Source: Mesotaenium endlicherianum
Taxonomy: Eukaryota
Direction of reading: 5' to 3'
Assembly (NCBI GenBank): GCA_009602735.1
Contig: WELA01002297.1
Span: 924,126-988,125 of the forward strand
Length of the DNA stretch: 64,000 bases
The notes below the pieces were generated by a model. The model ran no database searches. It saw only the letters and a program-made list of their open reading frames with translations, and had not been told where the DNA came from. This document shows, one piece after another, positions 1 through 9,906 of the stretch; the first letter of the stretch is position 1; each line of letters begins with the position of its first letter. Position numbers and translations under genes: made by a program.

Positions 1-2820
1 GAGGAGTTGAAAACACAGATTGCAGAGCTGGAGGAAAATGGTTACATTTCTCTTAGTAAATTGCCGTACGGCGCACCTATCCTATTTGTTAAGAAAAAGG
101 ATGGCAGTATGCGGATGTGTGTGGATTACAGAGTCCTGAACAGAATTACAGTAAAGAANGAGAACAAGTATGCTTTACCCAAGATCGAGGACTTGCTTGA
201 TACCCTGTCTGGCGTTAAAGTGTTCAGTAAGATAGATCTCAAGAGTGGTTATCATCAAATCAGAATTGCTGAGGGGGATGAACACAAGACTGCTTTCCGC
301 ACACGTTATGGACACTATGAGTTCAACGTGATGCCATTTGGACTGACTAATGCTCCTGCTACCTTTATGGGTGCTATGAATGACATTTTCAGGCCTTATT
401 TGGATAAGTTTGTGCAAGTTTTCCTGGATGATATTTTAATTTTCTCTAAAGATGAAGCTCAGCACACTGAACACTTAAAGAAAGTGCTGGACACTCTGCG
501 GAAAAATCACTTGTATGCTAAAATGAGCAAGTGTGATTTCTTTAAGGAAAGTATTGAATTCTTAGGCCACGTTGTCAGTAAAGAGGGCATCAGTGTGGAT
601 CCTAAGAAAGTCCAGACCATACGGGACTGGCCAGTACCACAGTCTGTCTCTGAAGTTAGATCCTTCCTCGGGTTGGCTAACTACTATAGGAGATTTATTG
701 AGAATTATTCCACAAAGGCCAGTAAACTGACTGACCTTACTAAGAAAGACATCGGGTATTTGTGGGGGGAAGAGCAGCCGGCTGCCTTCCAGACCCTTAA
801 AGATGCCCTTTGTTCTGCCCCAGTGCTAGCCGTATATGACCCCAGCAAACCGGTGCAGGTGGTTACTGATGCCTCTGATTTTGCCATGGGTGCTATTTTG
901 TTGCAGCCTGCTGACAAAACCACAAAGGATGGTAAGGTACGGCAGGAGTGGCATCCTGTGCTGTATGAGTCTATGAAATTTAATCCAGCGGAGATTAATT
1001 ACTCAGTGCATGATAAAGAGCTGCTAGCTATCATTCATGTACTCAAACAGTGGAGAGCATACTTACATGGTAAAGCTTTTAAGGTGATTACAGATCATCT
1101 AGCTCTGACCCACTTTCAGAAGAAGTCCAAGCTGTCGAGGAGGGAGAACCGCTGGAGCCAGATGCTGGAGCAGTTCCAAGTCCAGATCGACTACAAACCA
1201 GGGAAGTTGAATCCTGCTGATGCACTCTCTAGAAGACCTGACTTGCAAGAAAGGAACTTTAGTCAGCATGCTGTAGATAAAGTCCTGTGTGCACTCACTT
1301 CACTAAAGGTGAAAAAGTCCTTCCTTGAACAACTTAGGAAAGCCTACCTTTCTGACCCAACATTTGAGCCCAGCCCCACTACTGGTGTGTGTCGTGCTAC
1401 TGCACTCGGGTATAAGCTCAAGGGAGGGGTCTGGGTGACTGAAACCACTTCAGGCAGGCTGAAGCTGGTCATTCCTAATAATTTGGAAATAAGGTCTCTC
1501 TTACTGAGTCAAGCTCATGACAGTCTCCTGGGTGGACATTTGGGGCAGGCCAAAACTGTTGGCAAACTGGCAAAACATTATCATTGGGAGGGGTTACCCC
1601 GGGAGGTCTTGAAATATGTCAAGTCCTGTGACCAGTGTCAGAGAAATAAGTCTCGGCACACACCACCCGGAGGTCTCTTGCAACCGCTACCCATCCCAGC
1701 GGGACGCTGGGAAACTATATCCATGGACTGGGTGGTCTCACTACCAAGAACTGCCAACGGGCATGATTCAATACTGGTAGTCGTGGATAAACTGACAAAA
1801 ATGGTCATTTTTATCCCCACAACTGTCAAAGTGACTGCACTCGAAACAGCGAGACAGTTTTACAACCATGTAGTATGCCAACATGGGCTCCCTTCTAATA
1901 TCATCTCAGACAGAGACTCAAAATTCACCTCTAAGTTCTGGAGAGCTTTAATGGGGTTAATGGGAGTCAAACAGCTGCTCAGCACAGCAAACCACCCTCA
2001 GACTGATGGGCAGACTGAAAGAACTAACCGAGTTCTGCAGGAGGTGCTGAGAGCATATATTAACCAAAAACAAGATAATTGGGATGACCTGTTGCCTCAA
2101 ATTCAGTTTGCGGTCAACAGTGCGGTGCACGCGTCAACGGGCAAAACTCCTTTTGAACTCAGCCTGGGTAGAGTCCCTAAGTCTCCTCTAGATGTGCTAG
2201 GGGAATCTTTAACTCACCCTGAAGGGATTGACAACCCGGTCTCCCTCCAGTTAACTCAGGAGTTTGCTGACACCCTGTCAGAAGTCCAACGAAACTTGCA
2301 CACGGCCCAAGAAAACCAACAAAAATACGCTAATCAACACCGTCGGGAACTGACATTTTCCAAGGGGGATTTAGTCAAACTGCATTCTCAGCACCTGTAC
2401 CTCCCTGGTGTGGTCAAGAAAAAGCTTGGCCCTGTCTGGGTCGGTCCATATTCGGTGGTCCGTCGTGTCGGTCAGAATGCTTACAAACTGAACATGTCAG
2501 CTGAATACAAGGGGCACCCGGTCTTTAATGTCTCCTTCCTGGAACCGTACATCAAAGGTGATACACTGTTCACAGGTCGGTTCCCTGTCCAACCGGGACC
2601 GGTCCCCGCTGTCCGGGACGGCGACCCTGAGGAATATGAGGTCGATGAGATTTTAGACGCTCGCTCGGTCCGTCGATCGTCTAAATATGTCATGAAATAC
2701 CTCATTCGATGGAAGGGTTACGATGCCTCTGGGGACACTTGGGAGTTTAAGGACCACTTGACCAATGCCAAAGGGGCGTTGACACGGTTCCACCTTCGGG
2801 CCGCTGGAGTCCCTCCATAA
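1..2820 (+). CDS. Pol polyprotein (5'-truncated by window edge): reverse transcriptase, RNase H, integrase, chromodomain
   Basis: RT motifs ([36 protein letters not shown]), RNase H ([25 protein letters not shown]), integrase HHCC (HDSLLGGH...CDQC) and DDE (SMDW, SDRD, QTERTN), GPY motif, C-terminal chromodomain (YEVDEIL...YLIRWKGY...DTWE). No stops; one N at 159. Confidence 0.97.
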   Translation, partial: EELKTQIAELEENGYISLSKLPYGAPILFVKKKDGSMRMCVDYRVLNRITVKXENKYALPKIEDLLDTLSGVKVFSKIDLKSGYHQIRIAEGDEHKTAFRTRYGHYEFNVMPFGLTNAPATFMGAMNDIFRPYLDKFVQVFLDDILIFSKDEAQHTEHLKKVLDTLRKNHLYAKMSKCDFFKESIEFLGHVVSKEGISVDPKKVQTIRDWPVPQSVSEVRSFLGLANYYRRFIENYSTKASKLTDLTKKDIGYLWGEEQPAAFQTLKDALCSAPVLAVYDPSKPVQVVTDASDFAMGAILLQPADKTTKDGKVRQEWHPVLYESMKFNPAEINYSVHDKELLAIIHVLKQWRAYLHGKAFKVITDHLALTHFQKKSKLSRRENRWSQMLEQFQVQIDYKPGKLNPADALSRRPDLQERNFSQHAVDKVLCALTSLKVKKSFLEQLRKAYLSDPTFEPSPTTGVCRATALGYKLKGGVWVTETTSGRLKLVIPNNLEIRSLLLSQAHDSLLGGHLGQAKTVGKLAKHYHWEGLPREVLKYVKSCDQCQRNKSRHTPPGGLLQPLPIPAGRWETISMDWVVSLPRTANGHDSILVVVDKLTKMVIFIPTTVKVTALETARQFYNHVVCQHGLPSNIISDRDSKFTSKFWRALMGLMGVKQLLSTANHPQTDGQTERTNRVLQEVLRAYINQKQDNWDDLLPQIQFAVNSAVHASTGKTPFELSLGRVPKSPLDVLGESLTHPEGIDNPVSLQLTQEFADTLSEVQRNLHTAQENQQKYANQHRRELTFSKGDLVKLHSQHLYLPGVVKKKLGPVWVGPYSVVRRVGQNAYKLNMSAEYKGHPVFNVSFLEPYIKGDTLFTGRFPVQPGPVPAVRDGDPEEYEVDEILDARSVRRSSKYVMKYLIRWKGYDASGDTWEFKDHLTNAKGALTRFHLRAAGVPP

Positions 2821-3087
2821 CTGTCATTTCAGTTGACACGGGAAGGTGACAGGCGGTCCTGTCTCCATTTAAGTTGGAGGGGAAAATATATGACAGTTAG
2901 TGAGCGAGAGCGATAAAAACACACTCATACGTTTATGTGTAGCGCATCGCAACTACGTCAACTTTTAGCAATCATCCTGTAAGGTAAACAGCAGCGAAGC
3001 CACTATACTAAATACTAACATACTTCCTGCAATCCCTATGACAAAGGTCCATATCCTACTAACTTGTGCCCTGGTTACATGTGCAGG

Positions 3088-4764
3088 ATGGCGCCCACCA
3101 CACAAAAGGAGGACAGAAAGCGCAAGGCAGAAGAAGCCAGGAGGACAATGGAGCAATACCAGAAGGAGCTGGCGGCGACGTCCCTCACCAGGAGAGAACA
3201 AGAAAGGGTCCGCAAACAACAAGAGGCGGCAGAAGAGGCACAGAGGAAGAAGGATCAGGAAGCGGAAAACCTCAGGAAGGCTGAGGAGGAGAGACAGAAG
3301 AAACAGCAAGAAGAAGCGGCAGCGGCAGAAGAGGAGAAAAGAAAAAAGATTGAAGCGGACAGACAGAAGAGCTTGGCCACTTACAGGTATACTGTGGTGG
3401 GTGGCCAAAACTTCGATAACCTGAAGGAAGCATTGCTGGCAGCCCAGGAGATCAACAGGCTGGAACAGACAACACTGCTACAGAAGGAAGGAGCTACAGC
3501 ACTGGACAGGTACATCGAGACACACACCGGCGTGGTCCTTTACGAAGATTATGCTAAGATGGTGGGCTATACAGCAGAGCAGGCCCGGTATCTCGCAGAT
3601 GATTCAGAGGACAAGCCGGTCCCCATACCGGGAATAGTGGGAGATCAGAGACTCATCCGGATGGTGAGCATGCGGCCCGATAGCTTTAAGGATACGGTAT
3701 TCTACCTCACACTCCTGCCAGCTTACAATGAAGTTGAGAGAAGGAGCTGGGAGTACTTGGCCAGGGAAGCAGGACAGCAGATGTTCTCTCCCCACTGGTT
3801 CCCGTGTAAACTGAGGAAGGCTGAGCACGGACCCCAGTACTACCAGCAGCCAACAGACTGGAGGTGGATGACCGTCACAAATAAGAAGCAGGAGTGTGAC
3901 CGAGCCCAACCGGATGACTTCCACTATGGCCTAGACGGCTATCTCATCCTACCACCTCACATTGCCCCTTGGGACCCCAGGCTGAATGGATGCCTGAGCA
4001 ATATGAATGCAGAGACCAAGGAACATAGGAGGAGGGGAAGAGAGTACTTCTCTAAGGGAAAGCATGCCTTTGTCAAATGGGCAAAGAATGCAGGCCGGAT
4101 AGATATCAGTAGGCTGAAGGCCAAGCAACCTCCAGCGCGCCCTAAGAAAGGGAGGTCGGTAGACTACTCCATGTCTACTAGGGAGCAGGACGACTTAGTG
4201 GACGAGACCCCTACTCTCTCCGAGGAGGAGGATGAGGAGGATGAGGAAGAAGAACAAGGCAGAGGAGAAGCATCAGCAGCAGGTACTCAGGATACCCAGG
4301 GACAGGCAGTGGCACTTCCTAAAGAACCACGATCAGGTGTGTGGAATGTGATCCCCGTTATGGCGACAACTGGACCCCGCGCTCGCTCACCCAGCCCACC
4401 TGCCCAAGCAGGGGAAGAAGCTGATCTGACGGTACTGGGCAGCAGACACAGACAAAAATCCCCAGAGGACAGGGGTGCCAGAAGAGGGACACGCGGGTGG
4501 GCCAGAGGTATGCCAGCCTCCCCCTCCGCTCAGGGGCATGTACCTCTAGCCAATGTATTTCAGCATCCTACTGGAATGCCTGTCTATGTGGGCATCAACA
4601 CCCAAGTGGTTGAAGAGCAGGCTACCGTCCTCCGTTCTCCCCGAGGGTCAACTTTAGAGCAAACAGGGTTCTTTAGAAGGCCAGCTGACAGACCTAGAGG
4701 GCTGTCCAGATCTAGGTCCAGATCTCCGTCTCCTGACCCTGAAGCCCCAGGAACAACCCCTTAA
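3088..4764 (+). CDS. Extra ORF of unknown function inside the retrotransposon (~558 aa from ATG 3088)
   Basis: Uninterrupted 1.7-kb ORF between the pol stop and the PPT/3' LTR. E/K/R/Q-rich N-terminus (coiled-coil-like), complex central region, basic stretch PARPKKGR, acidic run and RS/P-rich tail. Confidence 0.8.
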   Translation: MAPTTQKEDRKRKAEEARRTMEQYQKELAATSLTRREQERVRKQQEAAEEAQRKKDQEAENLRKAEEERQKKQQEEAAAAEEEKRKKIEADRQKSLATYRYTVVGGQNFDNLKEALLAAQEINRLEQTTLLQKEGATALDRYIETHTGVVLYEDYAKMVGYTAEQARYLADDSEDKPVPIPGIVGDQRLIRMVSMRPDSFKDTVFYLTLLPAYNEVERRSWEYLAREAGQQMFSPHWFPCKLRKAEHGPQYYQQPTDWRWMTVTNKKQECDRAQPDDFHYGLDGYLILPPHIAPWDPRLNGCLSNMNAETKEHRRRGREYFSKGKHAFVKWAKNAGRIDISRLKAKQPPARPKKGRSVDYSMSTREQDDLVDETPTLSEEEDEEDEEEEQGRGEASAAGTQDTQGQAVALPKEPRSGVWNVIPVMATTGPRARSPSPPAQAGEEADLTVLGSRHRQKSPEDRGARRGTRGWARGMPASPSAQGHVPLANVFQHPTGMPVYVGINTQVVEEQATVLRSPRGSTLEQTGFFRRPADRPRGLSRSRSRSPSPDPEAPGTTP

Positions 4765-4866
4765 GGTGACACGCTGAAGAGGCAGTCAGTAAGGGAGGCT
4801 GGTCAGGTTCAGTTCCCTAATTTAAAAAAAAATTCTGCAGTTTAATGTTGTCGAGGCGACAACAAG

Positions 4867-4880
4867 TTAAGTTGGAGGGA
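4867..4880 (+). other. Polypurine tract (PPT) of the chromovirus, preceded by an 8-bp hairpin (4846-4864)
   Basis: ttaagttggaggga directly before the LTR-initial TGTAATG; tgttgtcg-agg-cgacaaca stem-loop just upstream. Confidence 0.85.
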
Positions 4881-4881
4881 T

Positions 4882-5601
4882 TGTAATGAATCAGTATATT
4901 AGTGGATATAATATTCATTTAAATATAATAGTTAATCAGGTTCAGCCTGCTGAACTTTAGTTAATAGTCAATCTGCTGGACTTTACATAATTATCAGTTT
5001 AATGACTGAGTCGAAGCCAGCAGGCTGAAAGTCCATATAAGTCAGCTGGCTGACACATTCTTTGACAGCAAGCTGACTTCCGTACTCGGTAGCAGCGAAC
5101 TGCCTTGATATGCATCTAAGTGCGATATGCTAGATGAATAGCCAGATGACATCCCTATGATGGATGGCTATTCGGGATGATGGGAGATGGCGGTGGATTT
5201 GGTTAACCGAGGTCCTACCAACGTGGTTAACTCCCGGGTAGGCGGTGCCATCGCACTGGCCGTTGAACAGTAAACTCATTCCATGTACATATGCTAGGAT
5301 TGCTCTCGAGTTCGGCATTCGGAAACGAGGCCAACTCTCTTGTACAGCTTACTGAGAGAGATCTGAATCCAAAGCGAAAAGCCATTGATACGCACTGTCT
5401 TCTAACCTTGCTTATGTGTGAGTTTACTGATTTGCATTATTGATGCTAGTTTACTCTCATTTGACTGACAAGTATTATTCACTGCTAGTGTATTGTCCTT
5501 CGCCGTTTAACCAGTTAACGGAAAGTACCATAAAGATTACTTGCTGATATAAAGATCTTTATTAATTGTTAATCGCCTATTTGGTAAGTCGATTCATTTC
5601 A
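4882..5601 (+). repeat. 3' long terminal repeat of the chromovirus (720 bp)
   Basis: Starts tgtaatgaatc and ends gattcatttca (10/11 inverted match); follows the PPT; TATA-like catataag near 5034-5041. The partner LTR is not in the window. Confidence 0.85.
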
Positions 5602-6406
5602 CTTGCACGGTTGCTTCATAGGTGGCCAAGCCCACTTGGTTGTGGACGATTATTAGGTAGGCTGCCCACTCATTTGCGGGAACTCCTTGTGGTGGGGTCA
5701 AATTTGCTATAGCGGCTGCCACGAGATTTGACGGTGCTCCTCCTTGTGGTGCTTCTTGTTGTTGCAGATTTTCTTGAGAGGGCTCTCCCATTCGCGTTGG
5801 AGGAGGGTCTCTTGGAGAGGAAGGGCTTCCTTTGAAAGCTTGCTGTTGGTCTTGAGGATCGGCCTACTTCTTGTGCTACCAAAGTGCCTAGCTCCGATAC
5901 CACAGTAGTGAAACAGATAGATAAAGTACTTAGTGAAATATAATACTTTATCTATTCAAGACAAGGATCTTTAAACACAAGTGGTAGCTTCTTGAAAGAG
6001 AGATGACTTCTTGAAAGTTAATATACTTCTGGATTTTGGCAAGTACAAGAGTGATCCTGGAATGTCTTCCTATGTTCAAGCTCTTGTTCATATACTTGCT
6101 ACATAAGTAATTTCTAGGAAGGTGTATGTTGATGTGTTGGCACGCAACACATCCCAAAACTTGCCACCTCTTTCTAGAATAATGTACACATGTCCTTTTG
6201 ACCTAAAAATGGCACATTTGACTTTTGCCACGTGGAGTTCTTCTAGGTCCTTCCTCTAACTTCGAAAATGCCTTAGAAGGTTCAAAAGACATGAACCAAG
6301 TCACTAGAGTACCTATTCACACTTGAATCCACACAATACTACTCCAAATATATTTGAAAATATCAAAATATATGCAAATTAATACATAATAACTCAAATC
6401 ACTACA
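5602..6406 (-). mobile_element. 5' end of a second LTR retrotransposon (5' LTR 6406-5904, tRNA-Met PBS 5902-5891, start of gag-like ORF at 5791), interrupted by the chromovirus
   Basis: Minus strand reads tggtatcggagc (1 mismatch to the canonical iMet PBS TGGTATCAGAGC), next to a ~503-bp segment bounded by tgtagtga/tcactact inverted ends. The ATG-started ORF MGEPSQENLQQQ... runs into the chromovirus LTR at 5601. Confidence 0.75.
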
Positions 6407-9400
6407 TAGTGTATACATAATCTTTCGTTATTCTGTTTTAGGCGCACTAGGCTAACCCAAAAAAATTTCTATTTTATATGACCTGGTCAGCTTTCCACGT
6501 CAGCCAAAAGTACTTCAAGGTTCAAATTCACTCCAGCGGGCTAAATCGCTCGACGCTGTCGGACAATCTGATGGCCGCGCTCAGTGCAAATTAAGGGCAT
6601 TTGTCAACCGACGTTAAGCTAAATCAAAACTCCAAAGTTTCAAAACGTTTCCAATACCTGACCAATCTTGACAAATTTTGTATCAAAATGATCAAAAAAA
6701 TTGCATTCTACAATTCAAATGAATCTTGCTTATTCAAGAAATATATTTCATTCAATTATATCAAATCAGAGATAGGTGGAAGCGTGTAAAATCAGGGAGC
6801 AATTTTCGACCTCATAAATGAATTCCGTTTACTCATCTATACCCCTTGACTTATTTATCACAGTGTGCCATAGTTTCACACTAACACAAGGCACAAGAAA
6901 TAGGCGAACTTGAGGACTAGAGCTTCTCTTTTAGAAACTCATAGACTCTTTCCTACCAAGCATACAAGCATATATAAGCACACACACAACATCAGAGGAA
7001 TGTATAGCGAAGGCGCTCTCATTCAGATGATCGTAATGTAGTCAAAACACATCCCACTGACTTAGGTGCAAAACCATGACATCTGTCAGCTATGTGACCC
7101 TAAAATGTCAGAGGGCATAACTTTGTCAATACTACTTGAAATTGAGCAAACTCAACGGCAACGAACGCATCTTGACAAGACCTTTCCGAATAGTCCTAGT
7201 CCTTTCCATTTGAAGCTGAGACAGAGACGCCTTCTAAATTTCCGTGAAAGTTGGTCATGATAACGAAACCAAAAGTGCACACATGACTTGCATCCGACAC
7301 TAAAGCCTAATGTCTAGAATGTGGGACCATGAGATCCCAGCCTGCTATGAACCTAGTGACCACCTGGTTGACCACGGCGCAAGGTGCGACGTGTTGTGGG
7401 AAACCCGTTAAGTTGGGACCCACGAATCTAGGTATAACGACCATATTAATTGGACGGTTGACTGAAGTCCTAACTGTTCAGTTGGCTGACGACGGCTCTG
7501 CCTACCTAGAAGTCAACCACACTGGTAGGACATCGGTTTATTGAATCTCAGTCGACCTATCGACTTCCAGTATACTACGGTCACATGTGCCAATCTATAA
7601 ATAATAATCTAAATAAATATATCTATCCCCAGCGTACTGGAGCTAAGTATAGTGACTAATATCAAGCGAGCTTACTGTATGTCAACCTACTGATATTATA
7701 TCCTATGCATAACTGATATAAAAACTTCAGCAACCTATATTATGATACAAAAGTCATCCTGCTGACCTTTTCGACAAAGTAATTAAGTAAACTCGCATTA
7801 TATCGACATACATTCATTGAGATAAACTCGCACATGTGAGTATATTGACATATTACTTACTTAGTGGTGTATTTATATATGTAATTATTTAAAAAAATAA
7901 TGAACTAATTCAATACAACAATGCTATGACCTTTCAACTGTTGTATATCAAGTGTTTACATGTGTATGCAGTGCTCGTTAATTTTTGAATAAGATTCGGT
8001 TGTTTTGCTTGTAAAGCTTACAAAATCTCACGGATTGTACACAATCAAGAAATATTTGTTGTCCAATGATCCTAAAATGGCTAAGTAGAACAAGGACACA
8101 GTAGAGAAGGAGGCATTATTAATAGGCCAAGGAGCCAAAGATCCATGTTTCTACCGACGTTTCAAAACTTTCTATCTTGCTGCAATCTAACTTAGTGAAT
8201 AAGTTAGCGATTAGAATTTTCTAGACAGACTTTGACTTCCTGACACGCTAGAACACGCAGACTCAACTTACTAGGAGATTCTTGAATAGAATTAAGACAA
8301 ATACCAAAGTGCGCGAGCAAGGCATGAAATGCTGAGTTGGTGGTCAGATTCTAAATTTTCAAAAGTTCTTTATGCAAAAGCAAGTGCTAGGATTGATGGC
8401 TCGTAGAGAATTGAAATTGTAGGTTTCAATGAGTAATTGATGAGGATAGTTAAGGGCAAAGAAGCTTGGCCAAATAGCAAGAGATTATCATAGGTTAAAA
8501 GGTTTGGAAGCTTACTTGTTTAGAAGTAAAGCAAAAGCCTGTGAAGGCGACTTTCTTTGATTTTGTCAATGGCATTTTTTTTATATCTTGAAGCCATCAA
8601 CATGGTCGTAAAGCCCGCCTATAAGTAGTCACTTCTCCACAAGTAATGAGAACTCAAGCCAAGCAAAACTTTTTGCAAATAGCTGAAACTCTTAAAACAA
8701 AGGGGTATGAGTGACCTCAGTGTGTGAACAAAAAGCCTGTTGGTGAAGGACTTGGCTTTTTCCAATTCAGGCCAACACAGGAGCAGGGTCAACCAGGTAC
8801 GACCATCCACCGACACATGTGCAAGATCGACCCTAGGTGAGCAACTAAGTTGACAATTCACATGAGAGCCACCCTCAAAGGTCGACCAGGTCGGAAAATC
8901 ACGTGTGGAAGACGCGCACACATGCCAAAGGTACCGTTAAAGATAGGCACGAAAACAAGCCAGATCTAAAGAATAAGGGCCCGACGAAAGGCTTGTAAAT
9001 GTGGAGAAAAGAAGTCGGCTAATGGAAGACCGCATGTTGACCAGCGCGAAGGAGGTCTTGAGAGTGGATGCTTGTTTGCACTTGTTTGTCCTGGTTGCGA
9101 TACGCGGTTGCACGACAATATTGCTGTCGCTATTGAGTCCCCACAAATATCGAACAGGCGTCTTGCACAGAATCTTTTACTGTCTATAGACACCAGCATC
9201 CAGGGCCCATGCTGGCCCATGCCCTTGGCTATAATGTCGCCACGGCCCATGCGAAGGCGAGATATTTGGTCGAGACCTTCCTTAGGCGTGTTGAGGGCAC
9301 CGATCGAGGAGTGAGGTATTTGTGGGCAGCTGCAGACTACAGATTTGGACGGCGATTCTTTGAGAATGTAACGAGAACCCCGACGTCGTCGTGACGTTTC

Positions 9401-9906
9401 TTCGGAGCCACTTCACGAAACGACAATGGCAGTCGATGCATCGGGATTCAGATGTGGTCGCAGGCCTGCAGGCACTCGCAAAGACGAAGCTTACCGCAGC
9501 CAGCACTGCATATTCCGTAGATTTGCATACCTTATCAACCCAATCGCCATTTGCGTACACTCCATCCTGGATGATTATCCAATCACATGCATGAAATTTG
9601 CCATCGTGTTCCAAAACTGTAGGCTTCCCAGGAGCGGCGACCTTCGCCCACCTTGGCCTAACATTCGCCAACTTTCGCTACACCGCGCGTTGATCCGATG
9701 TGAGTTAGCCGCTGACAGAGCAATGCTGGATAGCGCAAGTAGTTCTTATCTAAACTCTACCACGAGTGCCGTTGTCTTCGCACTAATTCTCGCTCGAGGC
9801 TCGCTTATTATAATCACGGCCAAGAGTGGCTTCTGAGTTGTATTCAGTACGAGTCCGAGTGACTTTTTGGTCGATTTTTTTGTTTTTGTGAGAACACAGT
9901 AGAACA

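Larger units (their letters stand above)
1..5601 (+). mobile_element. Ty3/gypsy LTR retrotransposon (chromovirus), 3' part; 5' end lies outside the window
   Basis: pol ORF with RT-RH-INT-chromodomain order, an extra ORF, a PPT at 4867-4880, and an LTR at 4882-5601 with TG...CA ends and an 11-bp terminal inverted repeat (1 mismatch). Confidence 0.93.

Noticed and set aside
150..168. Apparent 2-aa insertion (KXEN) in the RT domain
   Set aside because: It contains a single N and a short local duplication, so it is most likely an assembly join artefact
3088..4764. Calling the extra ORF an envelope gene
   Set aside because: No signal peptide or hydrophobic transmembrane segment is visible
6407..8936. 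AT-rich region with a 12-bp inverted match (7362-7373 / 8787-8798), probably decayed TE sequence
   Set aside because: No termini, TSD or coding domain could be defined, so no element call is supportable
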